The position numbers and the translations under genes were made by a program. Shown here one piece after another: positions 38,641 through 50,900 of a stretch of 64,000 nucleotides of DNA. The notes under the pieces are model-generated. The model did no database searches and was not told where the DNA came from. It saw only the letters and a program-made list of their open reading frames with translations. The DNA is taken from contig CATNEN010000007.1 of NCBI GenBank assembly GCA_950097015.1, positions 8,680,001 through 8,744,000 of the forward strand, written 5' to 3'. Within the stretch, counting starts at the first letter, position 1; each line of letters starts with the position of its first letter. Source of the DNA: Macrostomum hystrix (Eukaryota > Animalia > Platyhelminthes).

Positions 38641-39764
38641 AAAGCCACTGTCCTGAGGCCCATACTTAGAATGCAAAAACACAATAGCCATTCTTCTTTC
38701 GATCAGTTTTAATTTTCTCTTTAAATTTCAATATTTCATTTTTGTTTTAATGCTTTTGTTTATTTAAAAAAAATTTCAAATACTTTATTCACCTAAAATT
38801 ATTCTTATGCATGCTCTGTTTTCCTGTCGCCTTCGTTTTGAAAAATCGAATTTTTCAGCCTCAAACATAAAATAAACAAAAAAATCAGCACCCAATCGGC
38901 GTGCACACCTCAATAAAAAAGACAAATAATAATAATAATAATAATAATAATACTAAAATAATTAATAATAATAATAATAAAATTAATAATAATAATTAAA
39001 GACGACATTAATTTGCAAGAGGTGCTCACACTTATAAAGATGCAGCAGCAGGAAAGCATGCAGGCCTGCGATCCGGTCTTTTCTGTTAACAACTGGTGCG
39101 CTCGTATTAGCATTATCATGAGCTGACTATAGCATCGCTACCGCGTCGATTATGAAAAAGCTGACAGCGGAAATTCATTATTTTCCTTTTTTGAAACTTC
39201 GCAATATGGGAATGATCCTAGACTCATTAGGCCCTCATTGAGTGCCTGAAAAAAAGGTGGCAAAAGTGGCAAAAGGTGGCAAAAACTAGCGAAATAAAGT
39301 TGTGGATAAAAAAGATGCGCGTGGTTGCCATCCACTTTGAATATTTTAGCTTCCACTTAGGATTGAAGAGGAATTTTTAAGAGAAAAGTTTAGATTATGC
39401 TTTTTGTCACCATCAATTCTATTGTTAATTTTTACGGTACTGTATAGTTCGAGTTTTTATGATATTAGAGTGAAATATTTTGGCCTTACCTTTTATTGCT
39501 AGTAAAAGCGTCACTGTCGAAGCATTCCAAAATATTTCATGCTTGATATTTGTAGCACACTATATAATACTAATGTATGAGACACTCGCCACAAATAATT
39601 ATAAATCGTGAACTCCATCCGGTAAACAACATTGCATAAACGTGCAGACGAACAACGCTTCAATCCAATGTCAAGCTAAGTTTGAGACTGATGAGCTTAA
39701 GGCAGAATAAAACAATCCAAAACGTGATCGCTTCTTCGATTCCTTAAGCTTGAGTCTGTTGTCA

Positions 39765-39835
39765 CGGTAGTCATGAACTGACACTGGTAGTCAACTGACA
39801 CCGGTAGTCAACTGACACCGGTAGTCAACTGTCAC
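39765..39835. repeat. 17-bp tandem repeat (CGGTAGTCAACTGACAC) x about 4
   Basis: Seen directly in the sequence. Confidence 0.8.
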
Positions 39836-39929
39836 AGGTCGATTTGATCGCGAGTGAAACCGGCGAGCTCGGCAAAGAGTCTATCTGGGTTTCTGGAGAC
39901 CACGTCGCTCACCTATACCGAGCCCCAGC

Positions 39930-41220
39930 TCGACCACAGGTCACACTTCGAGTCGGGACGCTGAACTGTTGCACTCTTAAGGCCGCCTGGCGTAGAGGGT
40001 TGCTGGCGAAGCTAGCGCTCGACCTCAACTGCGACGTAATCGCGCTTTCATCACTGCGCTCGGCGGCAAGCGTGGAGGCGCCGAGTACGCGGAACAAGCG
40101 ATGCCGTTGATGCGACCGGCCCTGCATGGGCTGATGGTCTGGCAGGACGACCCCGCGATTCAGCAAGCGAGGGAATAATTGGAGAGGCTCCGTCTGAGCA
40201 GGCAACCTACTCTCGAGGCGGAAGAGGCTCTTGCGACAGTCTATCTGCAGCGGCTGAAAGCCGCTGCCGATGAGGTCATCCAAGCCGTCTCATCTTGGAT
40301 GAAATCGGCTTGAATGAGACATCATCTCATGTCGCTAGGCCCGACGCCAGAAGGCGTGTGGCCTGATCTGGCATTAATTCTCTGACGGGGCGGAAGCGGC
40401 GCATTTACAGCTAAACCGGCAGGCGTCATTCTCGGTGAGCGCAGGAACGAGCTGGCGAGCCCTTCGCCGCGATTATAAACGCGCCGTCACCTCCGCTGCC
40501 AAACATCCTGACACCCCGCCAGAGACGCCGTTGCCATCGGAGGTAAGCTTCAATGTAGCGTCAGTCACCATGGCCGGAGTCATGTTTCTTAGCGCAGAGG
40601 ACACCTGGTGGCAAAGCTAGAGGTGGCAAAGCGCTGGGTCCAGACCGCGTGCTTTTCAGTGCGGCGAGCTTTCGGAGTGTACCATGGCGCACATCATCGT
40701 CATTCCTGAGAAGCCGGGCACCACATGGTTAGAGGAGCACATAGGAATCTTCCTGTAATCCTGCGCCGCGAAGTTGTTCAACCAGATGGTGCTATCGCGG
40801 TTGCAACCCGTTCTGGACCTGAGCAGAATGGGTCTTGGCCCCAACGCGGCACAGCGTCGCAGATTCTGTCTCTTCACCGTATCATCGAGGAGGCACGCAC
40901 GCTGTTCCAGGTGGTAGTCGCGACCGTCCTGCTGTACAACGCCGAGACCTGGACGGACGCGGACGGACTCGCTCGAAAAGCAAACACGGTGCACGCCAGC
41001 CTTCTGTGCGCCGCCTTTTAGATCAGTCTGATCCGTTAAAGGGAACTGCTGCGCCACTGACGACTCCAACTGGCTGGCCACATCATCCGCGCCGAGTCCT
41101 ACTGCCCACATCCGGCGCAGGTGCTAACGCTGCGGGCACTCGGCATTTGGTCGACTGCCTGTTGGCTGACGCTGCCGGCGGTGCGGCCTTTGTTCGCACC
41201 CAGGCTCTCTAGTGCGCCCT
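39930..41220 (+). mobile_element. Degenerate, internally deleted RTE-clade non-LTR retrotransposon
   Basis: LRVGTLNC.TL...CDVIAL; IPEKPG; QNG..PQRGT..QILSL.RIIEE; VLLYNAETWT. Confidence 0.8.
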
Positions 41221-41282
41221 GTGACGCAGTATTTTCTTTCATCTTGACAGTGCACATTGTTGTTGATTGTTGTTGTTGTTGT

Positions 41283-41490
41283 TGAGAGTGTACACTGCGT
41301 GACAATGAGAAAATCGGGGCTTGTGTACACCCCTTGTGAGTGTGTGCCTGCCTACTGTATCCGTGTGCGCGTGTGTTCAGAAGTCCAGCAGAATGGACTG
41401 AATAGCGTCCTCGCTTGGCTATGGGTCAACTGTCACCGAATGATGCGTCAGTGCCCCCCAGCCCTCTTGTAAATATGATTACTATTTGTG
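41283..41490 (+). mobile_element. 3' half of SINE family A, preceded by (GTT)n
   Basis: agtgtacactgcgtgacaatgagaa...gtgtacacc...cctcgcttggcta...actgtcaccgaa is homologous to the reverse strand of 26820-27020. Confidence 0.6.
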
Positions 41491-41749
41491 TTTTTTTACT
41501 ATAAATATAAAAAGGACTATAAGAGAGTGCGAGTAAAAAATAACGGTCTCAAAGCTGGCGGCCAGGATCCACGGGCTCGTATAGCTCGTAATAAGTGTTT
41601 GTTGAAACGGGACTTCGTGAAATCTGAATTATTAAGCTTATTCTAATTTAACTTTGTTTGGCCTCCTATTGAAAGCAATGGGAAAAATCGTTTTTCGAAT
41701 ATTTAATACCCTTAGCATTGAAACAGAATGATGACATTTTATCAGTCTA

Positions 41750-41946
41750 ATCCTTCGATAATTGGCACTTTTTGGTGAAAACACGATAAAAATTGGTCAC
41801 ATCACATGATGGTCTTACTCGTCCAAATATGTGTATAATTGTCCCCATATTTGGCATCTTTTGGTGAAGAAATTGTGATAATCGGTTCAGCCGTTTTTTC
41901 TTGTGGAAAAGTGAACCCACAAGATTTTCATTTTTAGTATAGTAGA
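41750..41946 (-). mobile_element. 5' end of a non-autonomous Helitron-like unit (starts TC on the minus strand)
   Basis: Reverse strand begins TCTACTATACTAAAAATGAAAA. Homologous to 44530-44810 (tgtccccatatttggcatctttt...gaagaaat...cggtt.agccgtt). Confidence 0.6.
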
Positions 41947-42269
41947 CTAGCACACTAAGCCCCCCTTGGGGGGCACTACTGTTCAGAAAAAAAATTTTCT
42001 GTAATGCAGAAGGACAAAACACACCTGAAGGCAAACAAAAGCGAAAACTCATTTCGACAGTATGAATTACCCTGATTGCGAATATACGTGATGGTGATTC
42101 AACGAGAATTTGAATTCTCACTAAATACAAAAATAGTCAGTCTGAGCTTGAATGCATTCTGAGACATCCGGTCTGTACACCAAGAGCCCCATTGGGGCAA
42201 AATTACACAAGTAACTTACGTTTGATACAACTCAGCTTAATGCTACTAAGGTACATGTGAATTCAATCC

Positions 42270-43085
42270 CCTCAGCAGTAAAAAACCAATGTCTCCCCAG
42301 CTGCAGAGAACGAATGTCCCCCAAGCAGCAGAAAAGTAATGTCCCCTCAGTAGCAAATAACCAATGTCCCCCTCAGCAGCAGAGAATTAATTCCCCCCCA
42401 GTAGCAGTGAACTAATTCCTCCCCAGCAGCAGAAAACTATTCCCCCCAGCAGCAAATAACTAATTCCACCTAGTAGCTGAGACCTCATTCCCCCCAGCAG
42501 CAGAGAACTAATCCCCCCAGCAGTAGAGAACTAATTCCCCCGAAGAAGCAGAGAACTAATTCCTCCCCAGCAGCAGAGAACTATTTCCTCCCCAGCAGCA
42601 GAGAAATAATGCCCCCCAGCAGCAGAGAACTAAGTACCCCCAGCAGCAGAGATCTAAGTTCCCCAAGCAACAGAGAACTAAGTCCTCCCCCCAGCAGCAG
42701 AGAACTAATTCCCCCCAAGAAGCAGAGAACTAATTCCCCCCAAAAACAGAGAACTAATTCCCCCCAGCAGCAAAGAACTAGTTCCTCCCCAGCAGCAGAG
42801 AAATAATCCCCCCCAGCAGCAGAGAACTAAGTACCCCCAGCAGCAGAGATCTAAGTCCCCCAAGCAGCAGAGAACTAAGTCCTCCCCCCAGCAGCAGAGA
42901 ACTAATCCCCCCCAGCAGCAGAGATCTAATTCCCCCTCCAGCAGCACAGCCCCCAGTAAGAAATATTTGCAACAAATATCTTCCTGCAGTCAACCAATAT
43001 CCCTTCGCAGCATTCAATCAATGCCTCCTGTTAGCAGAGAACCAATGACCCCCTTAAGCAGGAAACCAATGACTCCCTTTAGAGA
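42270..43085. repeat. Minisatellite, about 23-27 bp unit CCCCCAGCAGCAGAGAACTAATT
   Basis: Seen directly; units degenerate toward both edges. Confidence 0.92.
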
Positions 43086-43281
43086 AGAAAGTCCTCTTTT
43101 AGCAGAAAGTTACATTTGGCACAGTGAACTTCTTATCAGTGTGCTCACTTTTAACAAAAGTGGCCCTGATGCAATCATTAAAATTGGCAGTGTAGTGTCG
43201 GCATGTTTATTATATAATGCGTATATTTCTACTTGAAGTAACTTACTCGCGCACGTCAATATTAATTTATTTTTATTATGA

Positions 43282-44431
43282 ATGTTATAGGTTAGATGTA
43301 GTGCATGCGCGCCCCAGCCAGGCCTACGCACGCGACCGGCCGGTCACCCTGCTCTACAGCCAAGGCATCGGACTAACCCCGGTCTGGTGGGCCCAGCCAA
43401 TAAGAAGACGGCTAGCCAACCTGATGCGACCCTACTTAAGCGCGACACCCCGGGCTGGGCCAATCAGCGGCCAGTTCGTTAACCGGCAGGGTCGACCTGG
43501 CAGTGGAAAGAGCGGCGCGGCCGGCACCCAGGCTTTGGTGGGGGCTGGGGCGGGCGTTTGACTATATAACTGACTATGGCGTTGTGAAGGCGTTGTATGG
43601 TTGTCTTCCTTCTCTTACGTGTTGTTACGCATTCTATCTGTCGTTGCATAGTAATAGATACCGGGACAGGTAAACCGGTCCACCCAGCTAGTCGAAGAAA
43701 ATCCCACACTCAATCCAACGTCAGTAAGTAGCTTGCGCTGAGCTCGGCACGTCTGGCCAACTGCTGACGGAGTGTTAGACAGGGATTGGCAAGCACGGAA
43801 GTACTCTCCATATCGCCGACAACATTCGTGGGATGCCGTCGAATTGACATTAGGTGTGGCACGATAGAACTATCGTTGTGCCATAGTGCGGAAGTGCTTG
43901 CTGGTCGCCTCGGTTTCAGACTAGGGACTTTGGGTAAGGTTTCGTGTTATTGGGCCTCGTTATTTGTCTTGTTATTTGGACTATCTGGTTTTTATCCAGG
44001 AGTTATTTGTGTTAATTTTCGTGTTATTTTCTTGAGCCTTTGTTATCGTCCAGAGCATAATCGAGTATAGTTCGCGTTGCTGTTCTTGTGTTAAGGTTAT
44101 CGAGATTTTGTTAAGTAAATTACCAGTGCGAATTGTAAATTGAATATTGAATCGAATTGAGTACAGTACCTGGCAGGGGATGGAAAGAGCGCTGCCAGGG
44201 GAATTAATTATTCATAGCCTTCTCTTTTTAACTAATAAACACTTAAATATCAGCTGTTTAGCTTGGACTTTTGAACCGTCTTGTCTTCGTTATTTTCGAG
44301 TTACGGCAGTAGAACCTCTCGCAAAGAGTAGGACACCCGACCTCATTTAGGAATCTCAACGCAGAGAGTAGGACACCCGACCTCATTTAGGAATCTCAAC
44401 GCAGAGAGAGACCCAAGTCAAAAATATCACA
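43282..44431 (+). mobile_element. Possible solo LTR or LTR-like insert
   Basis: TGTTATA...TATCACA ends, CCAAT boxes, TATATAA at about 43563, AATAAA at about 44233 and an internal 41-bp tandem duplication (about 44324-44406). No TSD found. Confidence 0.35.
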
Positions 44432-44619
44432 GCAGTGGTATGCAAGTTGACAAAACTGGTTCTAATTGAATGCATTAAAAATCCTATCTAAAACAGTTAT
44501 TCAAATATTTAATCCTTTTTAAGCTTAATAAAAATACGTGTATATTTGTCCCCATATTTGGCATCTTTTGGTGAAGAAATGATTAAAACCGGTTGAGCCG
44601 TTCTGGAGAAACTCAATTA

Positions 44620-44787
<168 letters not shown>

Positions 44788-44939
44788 TATTTCATTTTTA
44801 GTGTATTATACTTGCAACCAAGACCCCCTTTGGGGGTAAGAATATCACGCTTTAAAGCCCCGAGACGAAAAAAAATATTTAAAATATTCAACATGAATAT
44901 TATAATAAACTTTTCTTAATATCTACTTAATAAATAATG

Positions 44940-47900
44940 CTACCCCTTTCATTTATCATGCTATGCCTGGACAAAGCTTGCTAACCCCCTCGAAAATGTA
45001 TGCTACCCATCGACATTTCATGCTACGCCCTTGATAATTCATACTTTCCCCTCGTTAACTCATGCTTCCCCTCGTTAATACATGCTGCCTCCCTGAGAAT
45101 TCATGCTACCCCCACAATTTATACTTTCCCTCGTTAATTCATGCTTACCCTCAATCCTCACTAATTTATGCAACCCCTCAATAATTCATGCAGACCCCTT
45201 GATAAGTCATCCTTTTACATCGACAATTCATTCTTTCCCCGCGATAATTCATGCTGCCACTTCGATGGCTCATGCTTTCCCTCGAAAAGCCATGCTTTGC
45301 CACGATAGTGCAAATTTTCCCCTCGTTATTTCATGCTTTCCTCCTTGACAATTCATGCTATTTCGTCAATAATTCATGCTTCCTACTGATTATTCATGCT
45401 TCTCTCTCGATAATTCATGTTTTTCCCTGGTTTTTCATGCTTCCCCTTTGATAATTCATGCGTCCCCCTCAATAATTTATGCACCTTTTCGATAGTTTAT
45501 ACTTCCATCTCGATAATTCATGCTTTCCCCTTGATAACTCATGCTTCCATCTCAATAACTCATTCTTCCGACTCAATAATTCATTCTTCCGTCTAAATAA
45601 TTCATTCTTCCGACTCAATAATTAATTCTTCTGTCTCAATAATTCATTCTTCCGACTCAATAATTCATTCTTCCGACTCAATATTTAATTCTTCTGTCTC
45701 AATAATTCATTCTTCCATCTCAATAACTCATTCTTCCGACTCAATAATTCATTCTTCCGACTCAATAATTCATTCTTCCGTCTCAATAATTCATTCTTCC
45801 GTCTCAATAACTCATTCTTCCGTCTCAATAATTCATTCTTCCGTCTCAATAACTCATTCTTCCGTCTCAATAATTCATTCTTCCGACTCAATAACTCATT
45901 CTTCCGTCTCAATAATTCATTCTTCCGACTCAATAACTCATTCTTCCGTCTCAATAACTCATTCTTCCGTCTCAATAACTCATTCTTCTGTCTCAATAAC
46001 TCATTCTTCCGTCTCAATAACTCATTCTTCCGTCTCAATAATTCATTCTTCCGTCTCAATAACTCATTCTTCCGTCTCAATAACTCATTCTTCCGTCTCG
46101 ATAATTCATTCTTCCGACTCAATAATTAATTCTTCTGTCTCAATAATTCATTCTTCCGTCTCAATAATTCATTCTTCCGTCTCAATAATTCATTCTTCCG
46201 ACTCAATAACTCATTCTTCCGTCTCAATAATTCATTCTGCCGTCTCAATAATTCATTCTGCCGTCTCAATAATTCATTCTTCTGTCTCAATAATTCATTC
46301 TTCCGTCTCAATAATTAATTCTTCTGTCTCAATAATTCATTCTTCCGTCTCAATAACTCATTCTTCCGTCTCAATAATTCATTCTTCCGTCTCAATAATT
46401 CATTCTTCCGTCTCAATAATTCATTCTTCCGACTCAATAATTCATTCTTCCGTTTCAATAATTCATTCTTCCGTCTCAATAATTCATTCTTCCGACTCAA
46501 TTACTCATTCTTCCGTCTCAATAATTCATTCTTCTGTCTCAATAACTCATTCTTCCGTCTCAATAATTCATTCTTCCGTCTCAATAATTCATTCTTCCGT
46601 CTCAATAATTCATTCTTCCGTCTCAATAATTCATTCTTCCGACTCAATAATTCATTCTTCCGTATCAATAATTCATTCTTCCGTCTCAATAATTCATTCT
46701 TCCGACTCAATAACTCATTCTTCCGTCTCAATAATTCATTCTTCCGTCTCAATAATTCATTCTTTCGTCTCAATAATTCATTCTTCCGTCTCAATAACTC
46801 ATTCTTCCGTCTCAATAACTCATTCTTCTGTCTCAATAATTCATTCTTCCGTCTCAATAATTCATTCTTCCGTCTCAATAACTCATTCTTCCGTCTCAAT
46901 AATTCATTCTTCCGTCTCAATAATTCATTCTTCCGTCTCAATAATTCATTCTTCCGTCTCAATAACTCATTCTTCCGTCTCAATAATTCATTCTTCCGAC
47001 TCAATAATTCATTCTTCCGTATCAATAATTCATTCTTCCGTCTCAATAATTCATTCTTCCGACTCAATAACTCATTCTTCCGTCTCAATAATTCATTCTT
47101 CCGTCTCAATAATTCATTCTTTCGTCTCAATAATTCATTCTTCCGTCTCAATAACTCATTCTTCCGTCTCAATAACTCATTCTTCTGTCTCAATAATTCA
47201 TTCTTCCGTCTCAATAATTCATTCTTCCGTCTCAATAACTCATTCTTCCGTCTCAATAATTCATTCTTCCGTCTCAATAATTCATTCTTCCGTCTCAATA
47301 ATTCATTCTTCCGTCTCAATAACTCATTCTTCCGTCTCAATAATTCATTCTTCCGTCTCAATAATTCATTCTTCCGTCTCAATAATTCATTCTTCCGTCT
47401 CAATAATTCATGCTTCCATCTCAATAACTCATTCTTCCGTCTCGATAATTCATTCTTCCGACTCAATAATTCATTCTTCCGTCTCAATAATTCATTCTTC
47501 CGTCTCGATAATTCATTCTTCCGACTCAATAATTCATTCTTCCGTCTCAATAATTCATTCTTCCGTCTCAATAACTCATTCTTCCGACTCAATAATTCAT
47601 TCTTCTGTCTCAATAATTCATTCTTCCGTCTCAATAACTCATTCTTCTGTCTCAATAATTCATTCTTTCGTCTCAATAATTCATTCTTCCGTCTCAATAA
47701 CTCATTCTTCCGTCTCAATAACTCATTCTTCCGTCTCAATAACTCATTCTTCCGTCTCAATAACTCATTCTTCCGACTCAATAACTCATTCTTCCGTCTC
47801 AATAACTCATTCTTCCGACTCAATAACTCATTCTTCCGTCTCAATAATTCATTCTTCCGACTCAATAATTCATTCTTCCGTCTCAATAACTCATTCTTCC

Positions 47901-50900
47901 GTCTCAATAACTCATTCTTCCGTCTCAATAATTCATTCTTCCGACTCAATAATTCATTCTTCCGACTCAATAATTCATTCTTCTGTCTCAATAACTCATT
48001 CTTCCGTCTCAATAATTCATTCTTCCGTCTCGATAATTCATTCTTCCATCTCAATAATTCATTCTTCCGTCTCAATAATTCATTCTTCCGACTCAATAAT
48101 TCATTCTTCCGACTCAATAACTCATTCTTCCGTCTCAATAACTCATTCTTCCGTCTCAATAACTCATTCTTCCGTCTCAATAATTCATTCTTCCGTCTCG
48201 ATAATTCATTCTTCCATCTCAATAATTCATTCTTCCGACTCAATAACTCATTCTTCCGTCTCAATAATTCATTCTTCCATCTCAATAATTCATTCTTCCG
48301 TCTCAATAATTCATTCTTCTGTCTCAATAATTCATTCTTCCGTCTCGATAATTCATTCTTCCGTCTCAATAATTCATTCTTCCGACTCAATAATTCATTC
48401 TTCCGTCTCAATAATTCATTCTTCCGTCTCAATAACTCATTCTTCCGACTCAATAATTCATTCTTCTGTCTCAATAATTCATTCTTCCGTCTCGATAATT
48501 CATTCTTCTGTCTCAATAATTCATTCTTCCGTCTCAATAACTCATTCTTCCGTCTCAATAATTCATTCTTCCGTCTCAATAACTCATTCTTCCGTCTCAA
48601 TAATTCATTCTTCCGTCTCAATAACTCATTCTTCCGTCTCAATAATTCATTCTTCCGACTCAATAACTCATTCTTCCGTCTCAATAATTCATTCTTCCGA
48701 CTCAATAACTCATTCTTCCGTCTCAATAACTCATTCTTCCGTCTCAATAACTCATTCTTCTGTCTCAATAACTCATTCTTCCGTCTCAATAACTCATTCT
48801 TCCGTCTCAATAATTCATTCTTCCGTCTCAATAACTCATTCTTCCGTCTCAATAACTCATTCTTCCGTCTCGATAATTCATTCTTCCGACTCAATAAATA
48901 ATTCTTCTGTCTCAATAATTCATTCTTCCGTCTCAATAATTCATTCTTCCGTCTCAATAATTCATTCTTCCGACTCAATAACTCATTCTTCCGTCTCAAT
49001 AATTCATTCTTCTGTCTCAATAACTCATTCTTCTGTCTCAATAATTCATTCTTCCGACTCAATAATTCATTCTTCCGTCTCAATAATTCATTCTTCCGTC
49101 TCAATAATTCATTCTTCCGACTCAATAACTCATTCTTCCGTCTCAATAATTCATTCTTCCGTCTCAATAACTCATTCTTCCGACTCAATAACTCATTCTT
49201 CCGTCTCGATAATTCATTCTTCCGACTCAATAATTAATTCTTCTGTCTCAATAATTCATTCTTCCATCTCAATAATTCATTCTTCCGACTCAATAATTAA
49301 TTCTTCCGTCTCAATAATTCATTCTTCCGTCTCAATAACTCATTCTTCTGTCTCAATAACTCATTCTTCCGTCTCAATAACTCATTCTTCTGTCTCAATA
49401 ACTCATTCTTCCGTCTCAATAACTCATTCTTCCGTCTCAATAACTCATTCTTCCGTCTCAATAACTCATTCTTCCGTCTCGATAATTCATTCTTCCGACT
49501 CAATAATTAATTCTTCTGTCTCAATAATTCATTCTTCCGTCTCAATAATTCATTCTTCTGTCTCAATAATTCATTCTTCCGACTCAATAATTCATTCTTC
49601 CGTCTCAATAATTCATTCTTCCGTCTCAATAATTCATTCTTCCGTCTCAATAACTCATTCTTCCGTCTCAATAATTCATTCTTCCGACTCAATAATTCAT
49701 TCTTCCGTCTCAATAATTCATTCTTCCGTCTCAATAACTCATTCTTCCGTCTCAATAACTCATTCTTCCGTCTCAATAACTCATTCTTCTGTCTCAATAA
49801 CTCATTCTTCCGTCTCAATAACTCATTCTTCCGTCTCAATAATTCATTCTTCCGTCTCAATAACTCATTCTTCCGTCTCAATAACTCATTCTTCCGTCTC
49901 GATAATTCATTCTTCCGACTCAATAATTAATTCTTCTGTCTCAATAATTCATTCTTCCGTCTCAATAATTCATTCTTCTGTCTCAATAATTCATTCTTCC
50001 GTCTCAATAATTAATTCTTCTGTCTCAATAATTCATTCTTCCGTCTCAATAACTCATTCTTCCGTCTCAATAATTCATTCTTCCGTCTCAATAATTCATT
50101 CTTCCGTCTCAATAATTCATTCTTCCGACTCAATAATTCATTCTTCCGTCTCAATAATTCATTCTTCCGTCTCAATAATTCATTCTTCCGACTCAATAAC
50201 TCATTCTTCCGTCTCAATAATTCATTCTTCTGTCTCAATAACTCATTCTTCCGTCTCAATAATTCATTCTTCCGTCTCAATAATTCATTCTTCCGTCTCA
50301 ATAATTCATTCTTCCGTCTCAATAATTCATTCTTCCGACTCAATAATTCATTCTTCCGTATCAATAATTCATTCTTCCGTCTCAATAATTCATTCTTCCG
50401 ACTCAATAACTCATTCTTCCGTCTCAATAATTCATTCTTCCGTCTCAATAATTCATTCTTTCGTCTCAATAATTCATTCTTCCGTCTCAATAATTCATTC
50501 TTCCGTCTCAATAACTCATTCTTCTGTCTCAATAATTCATTCTTCCGTCTCAATAATTCATTCTTCCGTCTCAATAACTCATTCTTCCGTCTCAATAATT
50601 CATTCTTCCGTCTCAATAATTCATTCTTCCGTCTCAATAATTCATTCTTCCGTCTCAATAATTCATTCTTTCGTCTCAATAATTCATTCTTCCGTCTCAA
50701 TAATTCATTCTTCCGTCTCAATAACTCATTCTTCTGTCTCAATAATTCATTCTTCCGTCTCAATAATTCATTCTTCCGTCTCAATAACTCATTCTTCCGT
50801 CTCGATAATTCATTCTTCCGACTCAATAATTCATTCTTCCGTCTCAATAATTCATTCTTCCGTCTCGATAATTCATTCTTCCGACTCAATAATTCATTCT

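Larger units (their letters stand above)
29320..38995 (+). mobile_element. Decayed near full-length APE-RT LINE (RTEX/CR1-like) with AlkB-containing ORF1 and two nested insertions; 5' end not defined
   Basis: ORF1 pieces rejoin after removal of the TSD-bounded inserts. ORF2 has APE, RT and a C-terminal Cys/His region. The 3' stem-loop is followed by an (AAT)n tail at about 38925-38995. Confidence 0.82.

Noticed and set aside
44165-44200. TACCTGGCAGGGGA resembling the U1 snRNA 5' region
   Set aside because: Only a 14-nt match. No U1 stem-loops or Sm site follow, and it forms a local hairpin inside an LTR-like repeat.
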